Part shown: one piece after another, positions 34,836 to 44,244 of the stretch | How positions within the stretch are numbered: the stretch's first letter is position 1 | Layout: each line of letters starts with the position of its first letter | IMG/VR virus record: IMGVR_UViG_3300031839_001922 | Reading direction: 5' to 3' (one strand) | From: an uncultured virus (IMG/VR IMGVR_UViG_3300031839_001922) | Lineage: Duplodnaviria > Heunggongvirae > Uroviricota > Caudoviricetes | Length of the DNA: 64,000 nucleotides | Program-made: the position numbers and the translations under genes | The notes under the pieces: generated by a model | Told to the model about the DNA's origin: nothing | The model's input: only the letters and a program-made list of their open reading frames with translations | Database searches by the model: none

Positions 34836-36407
34836 TTATCCCTTAATCAACCAAACGAAATCTTTATAGTTTTTTTCGTTTTGTTTTTTTTGTTTTTCCT
34901 TATATGCTAACATACCAGGTATGCTTGTGTTAAGCTCTGAATTGGTTGAGCGCATTGCTCCAAGAAATGCTTTCTTATATTCAACCGCTCTTTGATTTGA
35001 ACTGTAAACTGTCTCCTTCACCCAACAACCTATAGCGCAAGCCATAATTAAGTCGTCATTATGCTTTTTCATAGCTTGTGGACGACCATTTTCCCAGACA
35101 AATGTCTTCATCTCATTGAAAAGGCGTTTTGATTTTATAGTAATTAGTTTATTTCTTATCAATTCCTCTAACTTGGAGATAGTTAGCGGTCGTGTTTTTG
35201 ACGAGGTTGTAAAACCAGGAATTACGCCAGCGTTTTCTGACAGGTAGGCCTCGACATGCTCATGAGAAGATTTTCTAGAATAGTATAAATTTCCATATCC
35301 TAAATCCTCCAATCTAGTAAGCACTCCCCAGCCAACAGAATTGTTTTCTACAACCAACATACACTCACCGTATTCTTTGCCGGTTTGGTGTAGGATCTCC
35401 GCAAAAACGTCTGGCGTAGGCTTGCCTTGGTATTCAGCAACTATTTCAGAATTTTGTATATTAAAGATATGAAAAGTAGAGTAGTCTTTCCCATCGCCCC
35501 TTGCAACGTCAGCTGATATCATATAATCTGCGCCTGGCTTGTACTCTTCCCAAATCCACAAATTTCTATCGAAGCCGGTCTTATATTTTGGTTCACATAA
35601 ATTTTGTTCAATGATTTCCATATCTTCTGGATGAAAAACTGTTTCTCCAGACATGTTGAAATTGCATTCAAGCTCCTGGGCTATTTGGCGCCTCGACATG
35701 TTTCTTGTTTCTTTTTCAAACCATTCCCTGTCGCGGTCTGGATGTACATCCCATGGTAAAGTCACCAAATAAAAATCGTTTTTTTCGATCTCGGCGTCAA
35801 CACAAGTTTGGTGAAACCAATTGCCAACACCGTTTGGCGTGGAAAGAGCGATGCATCGGCCACCAGTTGATAGTGTTGGATACAGGCCGGTCCATAATTC
35901 TTCTAGGCCGTCAACGTGGGCAGCCTCGTCAATAACCAGCAATGAAAGTGCTTCTGAACGACCAGCGTCTGAACTGGTCGACGACGCTTTGATTTGCGAG
36001 CCATTTGTTAATTCAAAGCTGGTTCTATTGTCGATCGATATGTTGGCTATCTTCATCCACTCCGGCAAATGTTTGTGGATTGCTTTAACTTTTTTAACCA
36101 AGTTGGCGGCTGTGCCGAATTTGGTAGCAATGACCAGAACATTTTTATCACGATGGAACATCATCATCCAAGCAACATACGCTGCCGTAATGGTGGAAAT
36201 ACCAAGCTGGCGGGCTTTTAGTATTATGTTAAAGCGGTGATCGTTAAAATTCTCAATAAGATCAGTTTGAAAATCATAAGTGCTAAAAGGAATCAAACCT
36301 TTTAAAGGGTGTGAAATTTTTGCATAGTTATTTATAAAGTACACCGGGTCCTTGCCAGACCTCACTACTTCTTTTAATATTTCCTCTTTAGATAAAGAGT
36401 AAGACAT
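34836..36407 (-). CDS. terL: terminase large subunit (T4 gp17-like)
   Basis: KARQLGIST (Walker A), LVIDEAAH (Walker B), LSTPNG, QELECNF; nuclease motifs DVARGDGKDYS, ENN, HNDDLIM. Confidence 0.97.
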   Translation of the reverse strand: MSYSLSKEEILKEVVRSGKDPVYFINNYAKISHPLKGLIPFSTYDFQTDLIENFNDHRFNIILKARQLGISTITAAYVAWMMMFHRDKNVLVIATKFGTAANLVKKVKAIHKHLPEWMKIANISIDNRTSFELTNGSQIKASSTSSDAGRSEALSLLVIDEAAHVDGLEELWTGLYPTLSTGGRCIALSTPNGVGNWFHQTCVDAEIEKNDFYLVTLPWDVHPDRDREWFEKETRNMSRRQIAQELECNFNMSGETVFHPEDMEIIEQNLCEPKYKTGFDRNLWIWEEYKPGADYMISADVARGDGKDYSTFHIFNIQNSEIVAEYQGKPTPDVFAEILHQTGKEYGECMLVVENNSVGWGVLTRLEDLGYGNLYYSRKSSHEHVEAYLSENAGVIPGFTTSSKTRPLTISKLEELIRNKLITIKSKRLFNEMKTFVWENGRPQAMKKHNDDLIMACAIGCWVKETVYSSNQRAVEYKKAFLGAMRSTNSELNTSIPGMLAYKEKQKKQNEKNYKDFVWLIKG

Positions 36408-36409
36408 TA

Positions 36410-36946
36410 CTACGCTTCGGCTTTGCGCGTATCATTTGGGGCTTTCTTGTCTGAAGACTGCTCTAGAAAGCTTTTGAACGTAGCTTCTAATTTGTCTTCC
36501 GACGGCCCCTTGACGTCTTCAGCATCGCCCATGTTACCGATTTCATAGTCTTTTCTGGCTGTGACAAAAACTCGGACACGGCTAGTTGATTCGACTCTTG
36601 CGTCGCACTCGCCCTTTTCTTTTAATGATAGAGTATTACCAGTTATCTTTTTGTATTCTTTCTTCAGATAACTGACTATATCCGACATGGTTTGTTCCAA
36701 TTCGCTTTCTAGATTACCACTGTAAACATCCTTCAAAAGAAGTTCAGAATGATAAGAAAGGTGCAAAGTCTTTCCACTGCAACGTACGGAACAACCGTCA
36801 ATTGTTCTCTTATCTAGGAGAGGATTGCCCTCCTCTCTTTTAAGCCCAATCTTAATTGGCTCGCCGTTCTCATCAATGGCGCCATCGTACATATTCCCAG
36901 CAGCTTGAGAAATTCCTTTAAGTATATCAACTACTTTTTGTGACAT
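36410..36946 (-). CDS. hypothetical protein (178 aa)
   Basis: Start moved to ATG 36946 (GGAG SD). Confidence 0.75.
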   Translation of the reverse strand: MSQKVVDILKGISQAAGNMYDGAIDENGEPIKIGLKREEGNPLLDKRTIDGCSVRCSGKTLHLSYHSELLLKDVYSGNLESELEQTMSDIVSYLKKEYKKITGNTLSLKEKGECDARVESTSRVRVFVTARKDYEIGNMGDAEDVKGPSEDKLEATFKSFLEQSSDKKAPNDTRKAEA

Positions 36947-37322
36947 TTTTTGGTCTCCAGCCGTCGAGCCATCTTTTTTCACGACCCTCGACGTATTTTA
37001 TAAAACATTTTTCGCAACAATGAAATTTTGTATGATAAATGTCATCATTTATCGTTTTTAGTTTACTTTTGCAAGTAGAACAATTTAAAATTCCTTCTTT
37101 ATTAAGTAGTTTACGACTAACTAAAACACCGTCAACATTCTCTACATCGTGAGACTGTTCAAATTTTTTTTGTTTTTCTACAAATTCTTCAAGTTGCTGT
37201 ATGTAATCTTTCTCTTTTTCTTTGTCCCAGTGTTTGGCTGGATTTTCTATGGCTTCATCACCGTATTTTTTCTTTATAGCCTTCTCTAGGCCGGCTATAT
37301 AATTTATATCTTTTTCTTTCAT
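36927..37322 (-). CDS. hypothetical protein with putative Zn finger (CxxC...CCxxC)
   Basis: CSTC...HCCEKC; ATGA coupling to the upstream gene. Confidence 0.75.
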   Translation of the reverse strand: MKEKDINYIAGLEKAIKKKYGDEAIENPAKHWDKEKEKDYIQQLEEFVEKQKKFEQSHDVENVDGVLVSRKLLNKEGILNCSTCKSKLKTINDDIYHTKFHCCEKCFIKYVEGREKRWLDGWRPKNVTKSS

Positions 37323-37777
37323 TTTGCGATTTCCACGCTAGCGTAAAATACTGCCACAGATAATATGATTCCAACTGTCATGCCTCCAATAACCTTCCAG
37401 TTACTATTATTATTAGACATCTCTTCTTTCAAAAGTAAATTTAAATCTTTTATTTGCTCGTTTTTTAAGGCTAGCGTTTCTTCGTGTATAGTTTTTAAAG
37501 AATCGTAATTTACCTTGAGAAGATCAAAGGCTAGCCTCTTGTCTGCTAGATCTTGCTGAAAAGACTTTGTCAATTCTAGTTCTATTTCTGCTCTCAAATA
37601 TTTTTGGTCTACGATCATCTTTGAGGCTGCGATTGAATCCAAAAGCACACCGGCATATGGTGCGGACTCGCCAATTGAAAGTGACGTAACTTTTCCTTGC
37701 AACTCGTCTGCTGAAGCTTGCACTGGTAGCATCACAAGCACTAGTGCAAGAGTGCATGCTAAAATCTGTTTTATCAT
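37319..37777 (-). CDS. secreted/membrane coiled-coil protein (spanin-like candidate)
   Basis: Signal-peptide-like N-terminus (..VQASA/DE), coiled-coil middle, C-terminal hydrophobic helix. Confidence 0.55.
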   Translation of the reverse strand: MIKQILACTLALVLVMLPVQASADELQGKVTSLSIGESAPYAGVLLDSIAASKMIVDQKYLRAEIELELTKSFQQDLADKRLAFDLLKVNYDSLKTIHEETLALKNEQIKDLNLLLKEEMSNNNSNWKVIGGMTVGIILSVAVFYASVEIAK

Positions 37778-37780
37778 GAT

Positions 37781-38185
37781 TTACCTATTTTTTCTGTAAT
37801 ATTCTGCGCTTAAGATGCGCGCTAGCTCTGCAGCTAATTTATCTGGCTTGTCTTTATTTTCTTTTACCATTTCAATTAGCTCGTCTTGCTTTTTCTTCTC
37901 TAATTCGTCGACTTTTATTTTATGCTCTTCTTCAATAATTTTTAACTCTTCTGTGTGGCTTTCTACCACTTCCTGCACTTTTTCTTCTTTTTCTTTTGCA
38001 GTGCGTCGAAGAGTTTCTATTTCTTTGTCGTAATTTTCTCTTTGTTTGAACAAAAGATCAAAGAACTTACTTCGAAGTCTTGATCCGCCAAGCAAAGTTA
38101 CCAAAAAAAGCGTGGCTATTACTGGCCAATACCAGTAATTTTTAAGCCACACCCAGACTTCTTTCCAAAAAAGAGCCGTAAACAT
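37781..38185 (-). CDS. N-terminal membrane anchor plus coiled coil (i-spanin/Rz-like candidate)
   Basis: Single N-terminal hydrophobic segment then charged helical tail; follows the holin-like gene. Confidence 0.55.
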   Translation of the reverse strand: MFTALFWKEVWVWLKNYWYWPVIATLFLVTLLGGSRLRSKFFDLLFKQRENYDKEIETLRRTAKEKEEKVQEVVESHTEELKIIEEEHKIKVDELEKKKQDELIEMVKENKDKPDKLAAELARILSAEYYRKNR

Positions 38186-38188
38186 TTA

Positions 38189-38383
38189 TCATGCTCCATG
38201 CTTCCAACGAGAGGCGATGTCCACAAGGGCCTCGGATCCGATATAAGCAAGAGTTACAGCAACCCAATCTTCGCTAGTTAGCGAGTGTGTCGCGGCAAGC
38301 CATGTCGCTGTGCCCCAAGCTAAAAACTTGCGGGAAATAAATCTATTTACGTGTTTGTCCAACCATGCTGTTACTTTCTGCAT
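38189..38383 (-). CDS. putative holin (64 aa, two short hydrophobic segments)
   Basis: SRKFLAW...WVAVTLAYIG pattern; AGGAGG SD; late motif upstream. Confidence 0.55.
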   Translation of the reverse strand: MQKVTAWLDKHVNRFISRKFLAWGTATWLAATHSLTSEDWVAVTLAYIGSEALVDIASRWKHGA

Positions 38384-38404
38384 TGTATGGTCCTCCTATA
38401 GATG

Positions 38405-38412
38405 TAAATAGT
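38405..38412 (-). promoter_or_regulatory. late promoter motif ACTATTTA (lysis-packaging-head operon)
   Basis: Directly after the sbcDC stop; repeated motif. Confidence 0.65.
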
Positions 38413-41400
38413 TTATTGGTTCACATATGCTCTATTGTTCTGCTTCTCAATGGAGATTTCTTGATCCACAATGTCTTTTAAGGAATCCAGGTGTGATATC
38501 AAAAGCACCGTTTTGAACTGGCTTTTAATCATCTCCAGTATTCGAATAAATCCTTCCATATTTTCTGCGTCTAGAGCCGTTCCTGGCTCGTCTAGAATAA
38601 ATACGTCACCCTTTGGAAGAGTTGACACATTTAGCAGTGCGAGACGGATGGCCATGGCAGCAATTGTTTTCTCTGCTCCAGACCCCATCTCAATAGGTCG
38701 CGGGTCATGTCTGGGGTGCTTAATTGATATATCAAGCTTTGACTCGTCATTTTCAAAGAAAATTTCAAAATCAACAATATTTGTTAAGATCTTAGAAATC
38801 TCTGTGTTGATTAGAGGCAGCCTCTTCTTGATAATGTCGTATGAAATACCGTTTGGATGCATGCACCTTAAAAACAGGTCAGCTGTCGTAAACTCGTCTT
38901 CTAAAGACAGAAATTCTTCTTTCTGCTCGTTCATTTGTGCATGCTTTTGCTCTAAACTACCCACAGACTTGTAAAGATCTAGGATTTCTTTTCTGTAGTT
39001 GTTAAGATTGCTGTCCGATACATTTTTCAGATTCTGAACCTCTGCCTTCTTTTCCAGCAAGACCTCTAGATTTTCGATTGCCTTCTTGTTCTCCAGGAAA
39101 GTATCTTGTTTTTCACGCAAATCTTTTAGAACACTTTGAGTCTTTAAAGTATCGAGCTTGTCTTTCTGCATCTCCAGCTCTAAACTAGAAATTGTGCTCT
39201 CCAAGTTGGCCTTCTTGTCCAGAACTCCGTAATATTTTGTAATATAACTTGTTACCTTTTCAGGATTCAGATCGGCTATTTTTTTAGATATTGTATCTCT
39301 GTTTAGCTTAAGCTGGTTTAGTTCTATTCTGACGCGTGTATTGTCATTATAGGCGCTCTTGGCATCAGAGACAAAATGACATCTTTGTTTTAGGCTAATG
39401 CTACACGGAGCAGCTTTTAAGAGATCAATTTTTTCAGCAATAACCTTTTGCTTTTTCTCAAATTCCTCGATCCCCTCTAATATTTGCTGTAGCCTTGTTT
39501 GTTTCTCATTAATAACATCTTTCTGGTCATTGAAAAAATCAATATTAAAGCTCTTAAGAAAGTTGTTAATTTTTTCTAGCAAAGAGCCATGCTCTTCAAG
39601 AGTTTTTTCTTTTTTCTGTGCATTTAATTGCAGCTGCTGGAGATGTGCTTGAAATTTTTGTATTTTTTCTCTACAATCTCTATACTCCGCTATTTCTTGT
39701 GGTACAGATGAGATCTCTTGCTCCAGAGCATCAAGCTTTTTCGAAAGTGCGGTAGAGTCTTCCTCGAAAGAGGCTATTTCGCGCTCCTTAACAGAAAGTA
39801 ACGTCTGTTCACGGGCCAGCTCAGTTCGAGACTCCTTGATTTCTGAATCGTAGTCAGTGCCTCTTAGCCGTTTAAGCGCACCCTTGAGGTCAACAGAGTC
39901 TTCATTACACATTTTGAACTTCTTGTCAAAAAGCTCAAGATCCAAAAACTTGCCTAGGATTTCTTTTCGTCGAGTCGACCCCTCGTTTAGATAAGAAAGC
40001 GAATCAAGCTGGCTAGCCATAGAAGTTAAGAGGAAATCTTCAACAGTCCCAAACATTTTCTTGATGTTGTAATCTGTTTCCATCCTAGTAGTGCCGTTTA
40101 GTGAATGCTCTTCTTGAGTAACGTTATCGTAAACATCGAAGTCTACGTCAGTTTTGGCTTCTACGGTCTTCTTCCCCTTGAGAGTTCGGTTATACTTCTT
40201 GCTTTTTCTTTCAATCTTGTATGTTTTTGTGCCAATAGCGATCTCAACGTACCCACGGCACTCTTCCTCATTTTGATTGATTAAATTAAGGTTCTTTCGA
40301 TTGTTTTTTGAGGTAGTGTTGTAGACGGTATAAAGCAGACTATCGATGATACTAGATTTGCCCGAGAAGTTTTTACCAAGAATGCCCACAACTCCGTTGA
40401 GATTTTCAAAATTAATTGAATTGCCTTCGCCATAATTGAAGAGGTTGTCCCACTCTACTTTCTTTAGGCGCCAGTTAACATTGCGAATGACGTCTTCTTG
40501 TTTTTCTGCAGAATTATTATACTTTTTGTTCATCTCATACACTTTCTTTAGTGTATCGTTCTCCGCGCAGTAGTCCTTGAGGTACTCGTCAATCAGTTCT
40601 TCTTGTACAGCAATATCGCGCAGGTCCTCCTGGAAGACAGAACCGGCAATATTTTCAACGCTTCCGCGTTCGCCTGCTGCGCGGCTTAAATAAGTTACTG
40701 CTTCAGGCTTAAACCTAGCCTTTGCGACATCTATCGCCTTTCTCACCACATCTAGGGGCAGATTGTTTTCTGAAACCAGCCGCAAACGAGCGCCTGTTAC
40801 GACTTCCAACTTGTTTGGCAGTCTGCCCTTTGGTGTTAGATTAATTGTTATAAAAGGTTTCGGATTTTTTAGCTCGACATGTTCGCATGTGTAGGTATCT
40901 TTATCTGTGATATCCCAAACTAGAAAACCTTTGTCGTTACTTTCCCCGTGGTTTTGTTGTACCGTCGAACCCGGATAGCGTATTTTTCCCGCTTTGTCAA
41001 GGGTTTGATTGGTCTTGTGTATATCGCCAAGAAAACCATAATCGAAATTATTAAAAATATTAACATCATCTTCCCCACTTTCCATTTTCCATCCGGTATC
41101 TGTCGTTACACCGCTAACAGCGCCGTGGTACAGAGCAATATTAACTCTATTTGTGTCGGACGGAGTACACCAGTTGTCTCTGTCAAACACCGACAAAACA
41201 TTAATCGTAAATTTTTCATCTAAATGCGTTTCTCCGGAGTCTTTTAATAAATATAAATTTTTGTGCCCTAATGCCTTGGCAATTGGTGTTAAGGCATCCT
41301 GGCGGCTAGAGTTTCTTAAGTTGCCGTCGTGATTACCCAAAATAATATAAGTCGGGGCAATGTCGGCGAGGTTCTTAAAGAAGTCACTACACATCTCAAC

Positions 41401-41568
41401 AAACTCTGGGCTAATTTGTGTCTTTGTATGTGCGATGTCTCCACAGTGGATAATATAATCCACCTTGTGGCTTTTCAATTTTTTATAGAGGTGCTTGAAT
41501 ACCTCTCTATATTCTTTGTGATATTTTAAGTTTCTAATATGCGTGTCTGCAATATGAGCAAATTTCAT
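38413..41568 (-). CDS. fused SbcD-SbcC (Mre11-Rad50 / T4 gp47-gp46) nuclease-ATPase
   Basis: N-terminal phosphoesterase motifs DTH, GD, GNHD, HG, GDIH; then Walker A GKNFSGKSS, coiled coils, signature SGAEK, Walker B ILDEP, H-loop ISH, all in one 1051-aa frame. Confidence 0.92.
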   Translation of the reverse strand: MKFAHIADTHIRNLKYHKEYREVFKHLYKKLKSHKVDYIIHCGDIAHTKTQISPEFVEMCSDFFKNLADIAPTYIILGNHDGNLRNSSRQDALTPIAKALGHKNLYLLKDSGETHLDEKFTINVLSVFDRDNWCTPSDTNRVNIALYHGAVSGVTTDTGWKMESGEDDVNIFNNFDYGFLGDIHKTNQTLDKAGKIRYPGSTVQQNHGESNDKGFLVWDITDKDTYTCEHVELKNPKPFITINLTPKGRLPNKLEVVTGARLRLVSENNLPLDVVRKAIDVAKARFKPEAVTYLSRAAGERGSVENIAGSVFQEDLRDIAVQEELIDEYLKDYCAENDTLKKVYEMNKKYNNSAEKQEDVIRNVNWRLKKVEWDNLFNYGEGNSINFENLNGVVGILGKNFSGKSSIIDSLLYTVYNTTSKNNRKNLNLINQNEEECRGYVEIAIGTKTYKIERKSKKYNRTLKGKKTVEAKTDVDFDVYDNVTQEEHSLNGTTRMETDYNIKKMFGTVEDFLLTSMASQLDSLSYLNEGSTRRKEILGKFLDLELFDKKFKMCNEDSVDLKGALKRLRGTDYDSEIKESRTELAREQTLLSVKEREIASFEEDSTALSKKLDALEQEISSVPQEIAEYRDCREKIQKFQAHLQQLQLNAQKKEKTLEEHGSLLEKINNFLKSFNIDFFNDQKDVINEKQTRLQQILEGIEEFEKKQKVIAEKIDLLKAAPCSISLKQRCHFVSDAKSAYNDNTRVRIELNQLKLNRDTISKKIADLNPEKVTSYITKYYGVLDKKANLESTISSLELEMQKDKLDTLKTQSVLKDLREKQDTFLENKKAIENLEVLLEKKAEVQNLKNVSDSNLNNYRKEILDLYKSVGSLEQKHAQMNEQKEEFLSLEDEFTTADLFLRCMHPNGISYDIIKKRLPLINTEISKILTNIVDFEIFFENDESKLDISIKHPRHDPRPIEMGSGAEKTIAAMAIRLALLNVSTLPKGDVFILDEPGTALDAENMEGFIRILEMIKSQFKTVLLISHLDSLKDIVDQEISIEKQNNRAYVNQ

Positions 41569-41589
41569 GTTACACCTTTCGTAATATAA

Positions 41590-41617
41590 AATATACGAAC
41601 GTATTTTACTATGTAAA
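41590..41617 (-). promoter_or_regulatory. sigma70-like promoter TTTACA-N16-TATATT upstream of sbcDC
   Basis: Intergenic; same geometry as the other early promoters. Confidence 0.65.
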
Positions 41618-42556
41618 CTACATTCCTGATATTCTTTTCATTAAGTATCCATCCAGATTGATGAACTTGGCAGAGCTTTTTCTTTCTTCAAATTGTTTTT
41701 TTGTCATCTCGCCAACATCGTTGAATGGCTTTACATCTACTAAATATAACTCTATGTCATAGTTTAGAAAAAGTCTTATCAGCTTGTTTGTTTTTTTGTC
41801 TGCGTCTGGGTCTAAAGCAAGGTAAACAGGCGTGTCATTTTTGATAATCTGGTCGAACAAGCTTGACGTCTCCGTTAGCGTCGAGCCCAGAAGAGGTACT
41901 GAATTGTCGCCTGCCTTAATAGCATCAAACACGCCCTCTACAATTGTAATGGGCTCGTCAAAGTCTATGTAGGGGTGGTTAAATATAATGTCTTTTGAAG
42001 CCTCTGGATTTAGATACTTTCTCCAATCGCGGTCATATGAGCGAGAGATAAAGAAATTGACATCGCCATCTTCGTCAAAAGAGGGTATCACAATGCGGCC
42101 TCCGTATTTACCTTTAGGACAGTAACCTATTTTCCATTTTATGATGTCTTTTTTGCCAATTCTGCGGCTTTTTAAGTAGTTGATTGGATACATTGATGTG
42201 GTGGGTAGTTCTTTGTTGGCCAGTGAAATAAAGTCTTTTGGTAGGGAAATTTTATCCCTTGTATCCTCTTCTACCTGACCAAACAACTTGTCAGCAAATT
42301 TTTCAACTTCGATCTGCTGGGTCAGGCTTTTCCATTCATACTTTTGATCTGTTGTACCAAACTGCCTTACAATCCTATAAATGTTCCTGCCAGACCAATC
42401 GCAGACCCAGCACTTAAACGCGCCCTTTGTAAGATTAACGGAGAGCTTGCGCTTGTGGTGATCGCATTTTGGACAGTGAAAGAGATACTCTGCGCCTTTA
42501 TTATAGAAGCCGCCTAGTACGTTTTTTAATAGCTTTACTTTTCTCTCTTCTGACAA
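41618..42556 (-). CDS. DNA primase (Zn ribbon plus TOPRIM)
   Basis: CPKC...FKCWVC zinc domain, YLKSR, RIVIP, VEGVFDAI, LALDPDA, DVGE. Start uncertain (TTG 42556 preferred over 42607). Confidence 0.9.
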   Translation of the reverse strand: MSEERKVKLLKNVLGGFYNKGAEYLFHCPKCDHHKRKLSVNLTKGAFKCWVCDWSGRNIYRIVRQFGTTDQKYEWKSLTQQIEVEKFADKLFGQVEEDTRDKISLPKDFISLANKELPTTSMYPINYLKSRRIGKKDIIKWKIGYCPKGKYGGRIVIPSFDEDGDVNFFISRSYDRDWRKYLNPEASKDIIFNHPYIDFDEPITIVEGVFDAIKAGDNSVPLLGSTLTETSSLFDQIIKNDTPVYLALDPDADKKTNKLIRLFLNYDIELYLVDVKPFNDVGEMTKKQFEERKSSAKFINLDGYLMKRISGM

Positions 42557-43053
42557 TCTAACCAGCCCGCACGTGCGATCACCCAACTGTCTGCCTTGTC
42601 GAAACAATGTGGCTTTGGATTTCCGTGCCTAGTATATTCTATAAGAACATCTGGTACGTTGTCAAGTACGTATTTTATAACGACCTCTTTGGCCTTGGTT
42701 CCTCTTGGCACAACAATACCGCACGATTTCCTAGCGGACACCGCTGCTAAATACGTCGGCTCAACGCCATACTGTCGAAAACAGATCCAAGAAACAATAC
42801 CATTGAATCTAGAAAGTGTAGAAAGAGTTTTAGCTGACGAGAACCCGCTCCTAAATGATTGCAAAGACTGCTCAATATAAATTCTATCAGGCTTGATAGG
42901 AAGATTACAAATTCTTTCATTTACAAATTCCGCTTTTTCAAAAATGCTTTTAAATTTTCTGGTATCCCATGCATCATTATAGATAACCTTGCCGTTATCA
43001 TCAATAATTGTGGCACCGGTAATGCTGGTGCTAACATCTAACCCTAAAATCAT
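42535..43053 (-). CDS. ruvC: RuvC-like Holliday junction resolvase
   Basis: ILGLDVSTSITG, IYIEQ, DKADS catalytic acidic pattern; TATAAT 6 nt before ATG suggests a leaderless transcript. Confidence 0.85.
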   Translation of the reverse strand: MILGLDVSTSITGATIIDDNGKVIYNDAWDTRKFKSIFEKAEFVNERICNLPIKPDRIYIEQSLQSFRSGFSSAKTLSTLSRFNGIVSWICFRQYGVEPTYLAAVSARKSCGIVVPRGTKAKEVVIKYVLDNVPDVLIEYTRHGNPKPHCFDKADSWVIARAGWLDCQKREK

Positions 43054-43065
43054 AACAACATTATA

Positions 43066-44232
43066 CTATATGTCTAGCTTGAGTTTAAACGTATAACTTC
43101 TGCCTTCGATTTTTCTTACGGGATTTGCGAGAGAGGCGACTGCAATTAAATTTTTATTTTCGTCGTATATGCCAACCTTCGAGATATAGGTCACAGGCTG
43201 GAAAGACGCAGTATAATTGTCATAACTACTGGTAACTATGTTTTTAATTTCTGTTTGGGCGTCTTCATAATATATATTCGAGCTTGAAACAGCGGAGACA
43301 GCACCAGACAAAAAAGTTGGATTATTAGAAAAATTGAGGCTATTCTCATCCGCATGTGCAAACATCGTGAGCGTTTGTACATAATTAACGCTATTGAAAT
43401 CTATAGAAAAGCTTGATGAGGGCGCGCCCGATTGTGCATCGGTAGTAGCAAAATAGTGCCAAGATGCGCTGTAGCTGGTACCTCCGGATGTGTATTCTTC
43501 TGTGTGTGTGTCTAAGTTGGTGCTTGAAGTTAAGAGCACGAAACCTTCGTTGTATAGGACTACGCCCACCGAATCTCCTGTAGTAGAGCCAGTTGTTTGG
43601 TATAAAACGCCGTTCCTTTTTGTGTCGGAGGCCTCGGCGATCAAAGTGCCCGTAACATAATATTTTAATACAACTGAACCTTTTTCTATGCTGGAGCCAT
43701 AAAAAATAGATGGTACCTGGATAATGTTTATTTTTTGTGATTCTTTTTGACCAAATGACGACGAATATGCATAATGTGGGCTTAAAGTTGTATAAAAGTC
43801 TAGCGTATTTCGAAGAGCATACAAAACGTCTTTTTTCCTGCCAGTAAAAGAGGTATCAAACCTTTCAACTTTTATGCTGGCTGTTAAAGGATAAGAGCCG
43901 GTGATCTGGTCTCCATAATTAAAATCTAAATTAAAATTACTGTCGGATATTGTTGAGAAGCTAGAAAAAGATCCGTTCTTGGTAACAAAAGGGTATATTA
44001 GCTGACTGTCACCGCTAGATGATACATTCTGCCTATTAACATTAAGTTCATAGAGATTAATGTGGCCGTCCGGTGTGTGAAAATTTGTTGAGTCCCTGTT
44101 TTCGTTATTATAGTACACAGAATTGTTGTACACATACAAACTAACTTGAGGGTGCGCTTCTAGCGTGTTGTGGAATACGTCTTCTTTCTTAAAGCGAAAG
44201 AGAGTCCCATACTTTGTGACGTGTGAGGCCAT
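43066..44232 (-). CDS. virion structural protein (baseplate/fibre-attachment family, paralogue of the next gene)
   Basis: C-terminal YISKVGIYDENKNLIAVASLANPVRK...KLDI pattern shared with 44245-45288. Confidence 0.65.
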   Translation of the reverse strand: MASHVTKYGTLFRFKKEDVFHNTLEAHPQVSLYVYNNSVYYNNENRDSTNFHTPDGHINLYELNVNRQNVSSSGDSQLIYPFVTKNGSFSSFSTISDSNFNLDFNYGDQITGSYPLTASIKVERFDTSFTGRKKDVLYALRNTLDFYTTLSPHYAYSSSFGQKESQKINIIQVPSIFYGSSIEKGSVVLKYYVTGTLIAEASDTKRNGVLYQTTGSTTGDSVGVVLYNEGFVLLTSSTNLDTHTEEYTSGGTSYSASWHYFATTDAQSGAPSSSFSIDFNSVNYVQTLTMFAHADENSLNFSNNPTFLSGAVSAVSSSNIYYEDAQTEIKNIVTSSYDNYTASFQPVTYISKVGIYDENKNLIAVASLANPVRKIEGRSYTFKLKLDI

Positions 44233-44244
44233 ACATTTACCTCA

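Noticed and set aside
36410..37322. Small terminase subunit call for genes upstream of terL
   Set aside because: Position fits, but no recognisable TerS motif; left as hypothetical.
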